A stretch of DNA of 32,000 nucleotides. Source: Wallemia ichthyophaga EXF-994 (Eukaryota > Fungi > Basidiomycota). The position numbers were made by a program, and so were the translations under genes. Where the stretch lies: NCBI RefSeq assembly GCF_000400465.1, contig NW_008806276.1, positions 450,001-482,000 of the forward strand, read 5' to 3'. The stretch's first letter is position 1. Each line of letters opens with the position of its first letter. Shown piece after piece: positions 1-9,702 of the stretch. The notes beneath the pieces were generated by a model. The model saw only the letters and a list, made by a program, of their open reading frames with translations. It had not been told where the DNA came from and made no database searches.

Positions 1-235
1 TGGGGTGGAGAGTCGGGTGTGTGGGAGAGTGTTTGGGTGAATGTGGCTGTGAATATGCTTCTGCCTCTGCTTTTGCCTCCGCCTCCGCCTGATTACCTCT
101 ACTTGCACGCCGGCTACGTCTAAATCGCCTTAAACGACGTCTAAAAGAGAGGAAAAAGCGGGAGAAGGAAGAATTTTTATTGTTTGGGCTGTCAGAGGTA
201 GAAGAAGGACGACATAGGATGGATATAAAATGCAT
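1..235 (-). CDS. Possible 5' end of a gene running off the window start (Arg-rich, low-complexity N-terminus)
   Basis: Stop-free frame from ATG at 235 to the window edge: MHFISILCRPSSTSDSPNNKNSSFSRFFLSFRRRLRRFRRSRRASRGNQAEAEAKAEAEAYSQPHSPKHSPTHPTLHP. No recognisable domain. Confidence 0.4.
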   Translation of the reverse strand, partial: MHFISILCRPSSTSDSPNNKNSSFSRFFLSFRRRLRRFRRSRRASRGNQAEAEAKAEAEAYSQPHSPKHSPTHPTLHP

Positions 236-301
236 TAGAGCATTTGAGTTGGTGGAAGTACAACAAGAACCAACAATAAGGAAACAAGGAAACAAGGTCA
301 A

Positions 302-872
302 TTACTCATTTATGAGGGCTACAATCAATTTGTATAAGTAGAAAAAGAAAGAAATCAAGTAGAAAGCAAGCTTGATAAAGCTCTCCTTCTTGTGGGTGGA
401 AAGAGTTCTAAATATCTCTGTTGCGTCGTACGAGTAGTTTGAGTGATATACTTTACGGGCGTTGTGTATAGCTAGAGGTGTATTGATTAGGAGTGTAATC
501 CACTGCCCAGATACCAAGAATAACGCCGTCAAAAAGCCATGGAATCCAATCTCTGGTTTAATGAATTTATTCAATTTGTTGCATAAGTCTATTGGGTTTA
601 TATAATCGCACTCTAAATCACTGAACATGATTATCTGGATTTTTATTAGTATGAACTACTAGTGATTTACTAGTATCTATGGTTAGGATTTACTAGTGTT
701 GATTGCTAGTAATTTACTAATAACCATGACTAGTAATACCTTAATCAAACTCACAAAGAATACCATGGTAAACAACAACCCAGCCGCTGCTAGCACACTA
801 AACAAATATAACCAGGCTAATAATTCATTAGCTTCACCCTTGAAATATTCAACGCGCACCTTCTCCACCCAT
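302..872 (-). CDS. ERV14: Cornichon-family ER cargo receptor (3 exons: 860-872, 755-816, 302-634)
   Basis: Spliced protein MGGEAWLYLFSVLAAAGLLFTMVFFIIMFSDLECDYINPIDLCNKLN... contains the cornichon motif DLECDYINP. GT-AG introns at 817-859 and 635-754 keep the frame. Confidence 0.93.
635..754 (-). repeat. Degenerate ACTAGT(AAATC) repeats inside the long second intron of ERV14
   Basis: Four ACTAGT plus one ACTAGC in a 120-nt intron; ACTAGTAAATC occurs twice exactly. Confidence 0.6.
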
Positions 873-907
873 TTCTGACGTTGACCGTTTATTCAAAACC
901 CTTGAAA

Positions 908-1314
908 ATGAATAGAACTCCTATAATTCAAATTATACTGCGAGTTGATTTATTGGATGTGAGTCGATGGCTCTTGTGGATACCCCTCTAACTCACCCCC
1001 TGCGCTCCTGGACTCACGGGATGCTCGCCGCTCAAGCCGCACACGCAGCAACTGCAATTATACAGAGTACAAATCAAGACATTCTCACTCAACAGTACAC
1101 GAACCCTGATAACATTCCTAACATGCGTAAAGTCGTTTTGAAGACATTGGACCAAGACTCCCTCATTTCCCTCCACTCGCACCTATCTCAGCACGTCAAG
1201 ACGTTTTTGTGGACAGAGCAGCCAGAGAATATACCCACTGCCATAGCAACTGCACCCAACAATTCAAGTCACGTAAAGAATGTATTGAGATTACACAACT
1301 GTGATTTCTATTGA
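908..1314 (+). CDS. PTH2-superfamily peptidyl-tRNA hydrolase domain protein (PTRHD1-like); first intron lacks a canonical acceptor
   Basis: ORF 967-1314 has W-x-x-G-x-x-x-AQAAHA, MRKVVL and LWTEQPENIPTAIATAP. Upstream exon 908-958 (MNRTPIIQIILRVDLLD) supplies the family's first strand and is followed by GTGAGT. Confidence 0.8.
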
Positions 1315-1330
1315 TGTTGCCATCACCTTA

Positions 1331-2195
1331 TCAATATCCAGCTGCTCCAGGTGCTCTATCACCCTGCTTACGTAATCCCATCAACACCTCCTTAAACCTA
1401 TACATGTCCTTGCGATTGAGTTGTTTGTTGTGCGGATTATCCACATCCAACAAGCCACAAATACCTGTGCCGTATGTATTAGTATGAGGTATATGCACGC
1501 AAACACCCCAACCCACGCTCCCAGGTTGTCCCCTTTCCGAGTCCATCAGTCCTCTCGTTCATAAACTTCTCCTCCTCTTGCTTGTTTTCCTTAATTTTAG
1601 TCTCTTTGCGCGTATTGTAGTCCTTGTAAAAGCTGTCAATTGCACGCTCTGCCTTGAGACGTATGTCCTCCTTCTCTTTCTCCGATGCTGCGTCACGCGT
1701 AGCTATTTCAGAAGCACGTTTCTCGCCCCACTCGCGCACTGCTTCTGACTCTGGTTCACTATCTTGCTTAGCGGAGAATAATGGTGCGGAGACGGGTGTT
1801 TTTGGAGCAGTTGCAGCGTGTACGGAGAGCGCAGAGGGTGCGGAAGATATAGCAGGTTCAGTAGGCTCAGCAGGTGCAGCAAGCACACCACTATCCACCT
1901 CCTCACCTTCCAACGCCGGGAATGAGGATTCAAACTGAGTTATTTCATCCGGTTGTGCTCCAGATGGTGATATACCCCGTGTGCTGCTATCCATTTGGGT
2001 ATCACCACCAACACCGCCAATATCGCCGATATCTGGGTATTTCTCTCCGGCGCCGTCTACGCCATCGATGCTGGACTGCGTTAGATCGTCCTCCGGCGAC
2101 ATGGCTGAATATTCTGCTCACTCTGGAAACGCACTCGCTGCGACATTTGGATCGAGACGCTGGTCGTTCTCATCGCCTAGTAAATCTGCGCTCAT
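1331..2195 (-). CDS. CLC1: Clathrin light chain (exons 2122-2195, 1517-2070, 1331-1464)
   Basis: Acidic N-terminus with FPD motif, central helix (EWGEKRASEIATRDAASEKEKE...AIDSFYKDYN), then GTTWERI...RFKEVLMGLRK. Exons total 762 nt, in frame. Confidence 0.9.
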
Positions 2196-2302
2196 TTCTC
2201 TTGCGTCTTGTGTGCTGCGTGTTGGTTGTAATACCGCTAGCACCGGTAGCAGCCATCAAGACGTCATGAACCAAGTATAAAATATAAAATCCATTTAATT
2301 CC

Positions 2303-3983
2303 CTACAGCTTACTCATCTTATCATTTAGTCCACTCAATCTCTCGTAATTTCCAGTAAAAAGATAATCTTTGGGTATATCAGCGCTTCCGAGATTAGAGC
2401 AATTGACCATCTCCGGCGTGACCTCATCAAGCGACCTGGCGCCGAGCAATCTCAAGCACATCTCAAACTCATCGCGCAGTATCTCCATTGCCCGGTCCAC
2501 TCCTTCCTCTCCATACGCCGAATAAGCGTAGATGAATGGTCTGCCTATGCCGACCGCCTTGGCACCCAGTGCGACAGCCTTGATGATGTCACTTGCACGA
2601 CGAACCCCTCCATCCACAAAGACTTGGAACTTATCAGTTGACACGCCGTGGTCTCTCAAAGCACTCATAACTTCCGGCAGTATCTCCACACCAGAAGGTG
2701 CGAAATCTAGTTGTCGTCCGCCATGGTTACTCAGTACAACTCCAGCGCAACCGTGCTACATATGAGTTTTAGTGTTAGCGCTGTTATTAGCATCAACAAC
2801 ACCACCAACCCACCTGCGCAGCTAGCACGGCATCCTGCCAGCACTGAACGCCCTTGAGAACAATGGGCATATTAGTGATGCTCTTCAGCCACCCCATATC
2901 GTTCCAATTGAGAGAGGGATCGATGAAAGACGAGATTGCGCGTGCAGCTCCCTGACTCCTATCGATTTTCTCCCCTGACTCTTTCTGCTCATCCGTACCA
3001 ACATCGTCGAACTTCATCCGCATATCCTTCTCGCGTCTGCCCAGCTGCGGTGCGTCAACGGTAACGAAGAGGCCTTTAACGCCACTACTTTCAGCACGGC
3101 GTACGATCTGCCACGCTTGTTAGCCATGCGATATTGCACCATCACCACTACCGCTACCCACCTTCTCAGTAATATCGCGATTGCGATTAACGTAAAGCTG
3201 CAGCCACTGAGTCTGATTTTCCAATGCAGCGCTGCGAATTTCGTCAAAACTGCATGAGGCGAGTGTAGGAATCATCTGAATGACACCATGCTTGGCAGCG
3301 CTGCGAGTGAGGTTAAGTTCACCCATCGGGTGACCCAATTTACCTAAAGCAGTTGCGGTGACATAGAGGGGCATGCTAGACTTTTGTCCCAACAAGCTCG
3401 TACTGAAGTGCACCCTACTCACATCGCGCATGACGCGAGGCCGGAACCAGATGCGGTGGTATGCCGAGTGGTTAGCGCGCAGGGTTATCTCGTCGTCGGC
3501 TCCTGAGCTGTAGTACATCCACGCTTTGCTGGGCATTACGTGCCGCGCGACTGTTTCAAGATCGTGGAGTGATATACATTCCGATAAGGCGGGTTTGGTG
3601 GAGTGGCGGTGGGCCATCTCGCGCTCTTCTTCTGTCGGGATGCGCTGTTCCTGTTTGATACTCTCCACACTCCCTTCATCTAGCCTGCCGAGGTGCTTCG
3701 ATGGCGGCAGATTATCCACTATCGCGTCAGGAGGATGTATCGGATCGTACTCCTCAGTCGCATCTTGGCCAGCGTACTTGAGTATAATGCGCATTCCACC
3801 TGGATGATCTGGCAGGAATTCTGTCACGTCGTACACTCGCCCGTCTATATCATGTATCACGCTTAGATCGCCTTATCGCTGATTGGCTGGACACCCACGG
3901 ACGATTATCCAGCACGATTCTCTCGTGTTGTGCTGTGCGACTTGATCGGCAGTGATTATCTTCTCTGGGTTATTCTTGGACAT
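2303..3983 (-). CDS. Flavocytochrome b2-like L-2-hydroxy-acid dehydrogenase (cytochrome b5 domain + FMN domain), 4 exons, C-terminal SKL
   Basis: HPGG heme motif, [30 protein letters not shown] and DGGVRR. Three GT-AG introns join the ORF-track fragments. CYB2-like. Confidence 0.92.
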
Positions 3984-4061
3984 GGTTGGCTGTGGTTAAA
4001 CACCTCAACCACACAATCATATGACACAAGCGGGGGAATATAAAATAAAATAAATTCAATT

Positions 4062-5703
4062 CTACGCACTATCACTGGCGCTATACACCCTTACAGCCCT
4101 ATCCATTCCTGTAGCGATGAGCTCCTTACCGGCATTGCCCCAGACCAGCGACTCTATCTCACCCGTGTTATCCTCCAGCCTAGCGAGCTGTTCCCAGGTC
4201 TTGTTCGCCAGTATCCTCACATCGCTCCCACCAACAGCAAGGAACTGCGCTGTAGGATCGAACGCGACGACGGTAGGCGCAGACTGGCCCTCATCCGCCG
4301 TATAAGTGTGGACAGATTTCAGTTTACGCAGGTCGAATACCTCCACTGACGCACTACCAGTGTAAGCTGCAGCCAAATAGTAGCCATTCTCCGAGAAAGA
4401 TAGTGAGCTAACAGCGCCATGTGAAGACGACACTTGGAAATTAGCAGCCATCTTGGCGCTCTTCAAATCCCATACTCTAACCAATCCGGCTTGTGTGCCA
4501 GTAGCGAAAATGCCACCGTCGGGATGCACGTCGAGAGCCGTGTATTCAAAGTCACCTTTCTCGCCCTCAACGGGGCCAATATCGAGCAGAGTTTCCAACG
4601 TGTCTAGATCGTGCAGCGACCAAGTCTGATTAGTGCCCACACTAACCGCGTACTGCTGAGTAGGGTGAACCTTAACACCCGTAACTTCCCCACTAGATCT
4701 GTTTTTGAACTCGCCAATCATTTTCCACCCTTTCTCCTCCTCGCCGTAGACGCGCACGCGCTTGTCTCCGCCCGACACCACGACCGTCTTGCATCCCTCT
4801 TTTTCTCTCCACTGGAGTGCATTCACCTTCTTCGTGTGGCCCTTGAGTGTTGCAATTGTCTTGCCTGCGTCGCGGTCGTACAGCTGCACATGCTTGTCGT
4901 TGCCGCCTGTGAGGAGGAGGTTGTTCGCCGTCGACAACCCAACGGCATTCACACCAGCTGGTGACGCCGAATGGAAGGAAGTGAGTGTGTCGTGCACACC
5001 GAATGCGCGGATCGTCGCCGCTGTCGCTGATCCTTCTGCCACCTTTCGCTTCTTGCGCTCGGCAGTCAGAGCCGCTGCGACTGTGTCGATGTTCGCAGTG
5101 ACGTGGAGTGGAAGAGCGTGCTTAGTCTCCTCTTGCATTTCTACATCACCATTCTCAGTTTGGGCGGCGTGACTAGAATCAGTAGTAGCTGCACCAGTAG
5201 CTGCATTAATGTTGCTGAGCGCCTCTCTGGCCTGATCGCGCTCCACCATGAGCCTGGCTATAACGCGATGTGCTGCATCCACCTGATACAAGGCATGCGC
5301 AAGATCCTTCCTCCCGTTAACGTACTGTTCGCGAAGAGAATGAGTCTCCAAAACGAGAGAATCCCATTCAGATTGCAGAGTGGAGAGTAGAGAAGGTACA
5401 GAAGTGAGCGTAGGTGGGCGTGGAGGTACATTTGTTGGTTCTGTGGGTGTGTGAATGGTACTAACCTCGAATCAACTCAAAAACGAACCAATTTTAAGCT
5501 GAACCAAATCATCAGCAGTCAGCGAATCCCCGGAGATAGGATCTTTGCCATTTTCATTCAAGTACTTTTCAATCAAACGCTTTTCAAATAGATGGCCAGA
5601 TTTAACAGATACAACTGGCTGCTGTGGTGGTTCACCAGATACTGTCGAATATTAGCTTACATCTCTTTTATTTCTTCGTCTTCCACTCACTTGCGCAGAA
5701 CAT
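4062..5703 (-). CDS. PRP19: Pre-mRNA splicing factor Prp19 (U-box, coiled coil, WD40), 3 exons
   Basis: [31 protein letters not shown]...KDPISG U-box, PPRPPTLTSVPSLL...QSEWD, RKDLAHALYQVDAAHRVIARL, then WD40 repeats. Confidence 0.95.
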
Positions 5704-5916
5704 GGTGACTGTGTGGAGACAAGAAGGTGCAAGATGAGATAATTCGTTGGAAATGGGATATTTGCCATTTATACACGTACTGATACATATACACCCTCAA
5801 ATCACTCATACCAAACCAACAAACACGCGTTAAACTCACTGAAAATTCTCACAATCAGGACTCAAGACATGATATTAAAGGCTGGGTTGACAAAATATTC
5901 TCGAAAGACAATCAAA

Positions 5917-6817
5917 TTAGTTCTTGCGTTGCTTCTTAGCTTCTGGGGCCTGTGATATCTCCTGTGAGTTATAATTTTACCAAAAGAACTACCAACACAC
6001 CTCCAAATCAATCTCTGCAGAAGGGTCTTCATCGTTGTCCTCCTCATCGTCGCTGTCTTCCATAATGCCCTCTTCAAGACCCATGAATATGTCAATTGCG
6101 CCTGGGTAAACCTCATCTGCGATGATTGAACCAACTTCAAGTGCATCCTTCTCCTCTGCGATAAAGTTGAAGAAAGATCCTGGATCACCTGCTGCATCTG
6201 GGTCAACATCCTCCACATTAAGCGTACGTGGGTGCTTCTTTGACAAATTTTTATCCTCAGATTTCCAGTTGATTTCACACTTATTCGTAGTCAAATCACG
6301 TTCTGGATCAAAGTTTATGATATCATCCGCAGAAGGTGCACCTTCACCGCCTCCAACGACTTTATATGACTTTGTGAATGTCTTGTTATCGAAGAAATCA
6401 TTTTCACCGAATGTGAAGACAATGTCGAATTCTCTGCTATCCTTCTCATTTCTCTCTACTTTAACATTCTCTAATGACTTAAGCGCGTCTGCATCACCAG
6501 GTGCTGCTGATGCAACACTAAGGAATGAGTGGTTGCGGAAGACGACTGGCCAGACTGTTACGTCGTATAAGAAGGCTATCCCACCCAAAGCAGCCACCAC
6601 TCACACTGTGGAACTCCCTTCAGTTTCTCTTCACGCTTCTCAAAGTATGGCTTGAATATCTTGTGGTGCTCGTTCTGTGCGTTCCAAGCCGAAACTTCAG
6701 ATTCCTTCTTCAATTCAACCAGCGTCTCTACTTGGGCGTCTTCAAGTTTAACTTCTCTGTAGCGTGGGTGTGTAAGACGTGTTTATATTCCTCTAATATC
6801 ACTCACTCTGCTGTCAT
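5917..6817 (-). CDS. NAP/SET/Vps75-family histone chaperone, 4 exons
   Basis: Spliced PQFWPVVFRNH, FTFGENDFFDNKTFTKSY, CEINWK, GSFFNF, DEVYPGAIDIF, an acidic tail and a basic C-terminus PEAKKQRKN. Confidence 0.85.
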
Positions 6818-6902
6818 TTTTGTAAGTGATTGTACTAGAGAGAGAAAGAAGGCGCGAAGAATGAAGAGGTTGAAGGCCGTTTAGAGTGATTTTATTATAA
6901 AT

Positions 6903-6988
6903 ACGCGATGATTTACTAGAAGCAGCACATATACCACCTACTCTCCACTTGATTTCAAACCAATTTTCATTACGCTTCGAATACGCGT
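6903..6988. promoter_or_regulatory. MCB-like elements upstream of the NAP-family gene
   Basis: ACGCGA at 6903-6908 and ACGCGT at 6983-6988, about 85 and 165 bp upstream of the ATG. Short motif, function not shown. Confidence 0.3.
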
Positions 6989-7298
6989 CATAGAACAGAG
7001 TGCCGTGAGGGTTGTGCGATTGAGGGCTATGAGTGATTGATTGTGCTATATCGTTTATGACTTAGTTCATATCACTACAATATTAAATCCCTTTCACACA
7101 AAGATCGTGTTAGAAAATATTCAGCAAAACTCAACATATCCATAACACATCCAACAGACATAAACACAAACACACGTCACTCTATCAACACACTCCAGTC
7201 TCTTCACTTGGAACGAAATGACATCAATGACTTGGAAAATTTGTTAATCTTGATGTTGTCAGCTGGTCTTGAAGCCAGAACAACGCAAAGCGTAGCTC

Positions 7299-7924
7299 TT
7301 AAGATCTTGGCTTCTCCTGTAGCATAAAGTCAGTGAAGCCCTTGAGACAAAAATAGTATAAACTCACCTTGATACCTCTCCTGTGATTGCAGTGGTTAGT
7401 ATTCGTCAGTCACGCAAGCCTAATAGTAAATTACCATCTGCAGTAAGGTTAGTAGGTTTTCTGAATGAATTATTGTAACTTGCAATGCTGAAATACCAAC
7501 CTGAGCAAAACGTTAGCACCATTTTTCAGTGAAAGCACTTAACACTCACACCGGAGACCTTAACGACCTTGAAACGGACACCAGGACAATCACCCCTGGC
7601 TTTACCTTTCTTACCGAAACCAGAGATAAGTACCTCGTCGTTCTCGTCGACAAAGTTGAGACCACCATCGTTTGGTACGAAAGCAGTAACCTTCTTGCCG
7701 TTCTTGATGAGCTGAACACGCACACACTTTCTGATAGCACTGTTTGGCTGCTTAGCCTCAACACCGACCTTCTCAAGGACAATTCCCTTTGCGTGAGAGG
7801 AACCACCGGTTGGCGAGGTCTTCCAGAAGTTACCAAGGGCCTTCTTGTTGTACTGCAAGTCAGCCCAACGGTTGTCTCTTCTGATGGTCTTGAGCTTGCG
7901 TGCTGTTTGAAGTCCGCGTGGCAT
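7299..7924 (-). CDS. RPS23: 40S ribosomal protein uS12 (S23); exons 7550-7924, 7484-7500, 7435-7437, 7368-7380, 7299-7316
   Basis: [25 protein letters not shown] signature. The C-terminus VGISALWRGIKEKPRS is recovered with four short introns. Confidence 0.96.
7435..7437 (-). other. 3-nt microexon (ATG) of RPS23, preceded by GC-AG intron 7438-7483
   Basis: Upstream intron GCAAGT...ACTAAC-CTTACTGCAG and downstream intron GTAATT...ACTAAC...CACAG. Only this combination yields L-W in the conserved ALWxxxKEKPRS tail. Confidence 0.8.
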
Positions 7925-8586
7925 TGTACTCTACTTGGTCGCTGAAGAGAAGTTGCGACGCTCATCAGAAATTCTCATCACCAAATTTTAAAATTTCGAA
8001 TAGCGTAAAATTGTGCCTAAATGGTGTAAATTGGAATACGTCGATTTCTTTGTTTCGCTTCTTTTCCTTCTTCTATTTCCCAATTTGGCTTCTGGTCTGC
8101 TTTCGCCTTGGCTCTGTGCCGTGTTTTCAACGGCGGAAGGTTGATAACTTGCATGAATTAACACGTCCATTATATATCAACTTGTTCGTACGCCATCAAT
8201 ATCTGCTAATTATCTTTTCTGCCTAGACATAGCTTTGATTTCTAGTATGTAATCCTACTATAACATCTGAAGCAGCTTCAGATACGCATAGAGCTAGGGC
8301 TCCTCTCAAAACACATCCTTGTACACCCCATACACACGCCAGTCACAAGAAATGATATATTTGCTCATGTCTAAATGAGAAGAGAAATAGATAAAAATGC
8401 GATAGAATAATTGTAGTGTGAGCATTGATAGTAGTGAGAGGGTTTAGGGTGGTGGACGTTGGCATAAGCATCATTTTTCATTAGCATCGACAAGTGGTAT
8501 CAAGATTAGCACTAAGAATGGCATCACCTGCCAAACCTGCGACCTCACTCGAACCACTCTCGAAGCACCTAAAACGCTGACGCATC

Positions 8587-9435
8587 TCATGCTACAATCT
8601 TACCTCTAGCCCTCTGCTTCCTTTCACCCTCCTTGTGACCGACGAACTCAACTTCAGTAGCCAATCCACCACCTAACTTCTGGCCTTCAGTGAAACCAAG
8701 CACATCGTGTTTCCATATCTTTCCGAGTCTTTCTATCCTCTCATGCAGATCATTCTCCTCCTGGGTGAGTTCTGTGTTAACAGAGGTCGTCTGTCTTGTC
8801 CAGATGGCCAATCTGAAGAAATTAGGGCGAGTCGAAATGATTACACCTGTAATGAGATCATTGGTTGCATCCTCGCTGAGGTCGCCTTCGAGAGTCTCAC
8901 CAATGGCAGACAACATAGTGTCCAACCAAAGTCTATCAATTCTGTCTCTCCACTTCTCTCTAGGGAACTGGACACTCCACTTACCACCGTCGGCATTAGC
9001 TTCGTCCTCCCAAGCAGGACGAATACCGCGCTTGAAGAGGTAGTAGTTAGCTTTCTGAGGAAGGTGAGTTGGCGGGAGTATGTTGTTGTAAAGACCCCAG
9101 AATTCTTCAACAGAGTCAAAAGTGATGACTTCTTTTGTATCATCGAGCCAGTTGTGAGCGCCTGATGACTTTTTCGAAGGATTATCGAACCAGAGCGTCC
9201 ACGCGTTGAATAGTGGGTGCTTAACGTTAAACCCTGTAGCATCATCAAACACCGTCTTCATATCTTCTGGGCTTATATCCTCCTCCTTTATCTCGCCTTC
9301 CTCCAAATCTGACTTATCAGTCTTGTCCTTCAATTTCAAGTTATCCACTGAATCGCTGATGGCTTGCACTGACGCGGATATCGCAGGCTCTGGCAGCGTG
9401 CTTTTGCTTTTATCGTTGCTCGTTGTGCTCGTCAT
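8587..9435 (-). CDS. CDC33: Translation initiation factor eIF4E
   Basis: KHPLFNAWTLWFD, FDSVEEFWGLYN, IRPAWED.ANADGGKW and FRLAIWT. Single exon; first ATG at 9435. Confidence 0.93.
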   Translation of the reverse strand: MTSTTSNDKSKSTLPEPAISASVQAISDSVDNLKLKDKTDKSDLEEGEIKEEDISPEDMKTVFDDATGFNVKHPLFNAWTLWFDNPSKKSSGAHNWLDDTKEVITFDSVEEFWGLYNNILPPTHLPQKANYYLFKRGIRPAWEDEANADGGKWSVQFPREKWRDRIDRLWLDTMLSAIGETLEGDLSEDATNDLITGVIISTRPNFFRLAIWTRQTTSVNTELTQEENDLHERIERLGKIWKHDVLGFTEGQKLGGGLATEVEFVGHKEGERKQRARGKIVA

Positions 9436-9702
9436 TGGATGATGATTGATCGTAAACAACCTGAGATCTGCGTGGGTGCTGCTTCATTTACAAAATTTTT
9501 AATCCCAACAGCAGACACTATCTGCCAATACTACCAGCCTCCTTTTCCCCGTCTTCTTCGTTGGTGCAAAATTTGTCATCACAGTTGACAGCCGTTGTGA
9601 TTTACATTGGGCGGTTGAATCTAGCATACATGCACTCAGTATGGCTTAACACGTTTTTACAAGCGCCTGTCTACCACCAGACCGCCCGTTCGGCTCCCTC
9701 AA

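Noticed and set aside
1654-2280. Numerous overlapping antisense ORFs in the ORF track (here and throughout)
   Set aside because: They are shadows of real genes on the opposite strand or in alternate frames, with no recognisable domains.
7193-7243. Plus-strand frame LQSLHLERNDINDLENL matches an LRR consensus (LxxLxLxxNxIxxLxxL), antisense to the RPS23 3' region
   Set aside because: It is a single repeat in an ATG-less frame (7061-7326). I found no credible start or splice path, and the flanks look like antisense of a GT-rich UTR.
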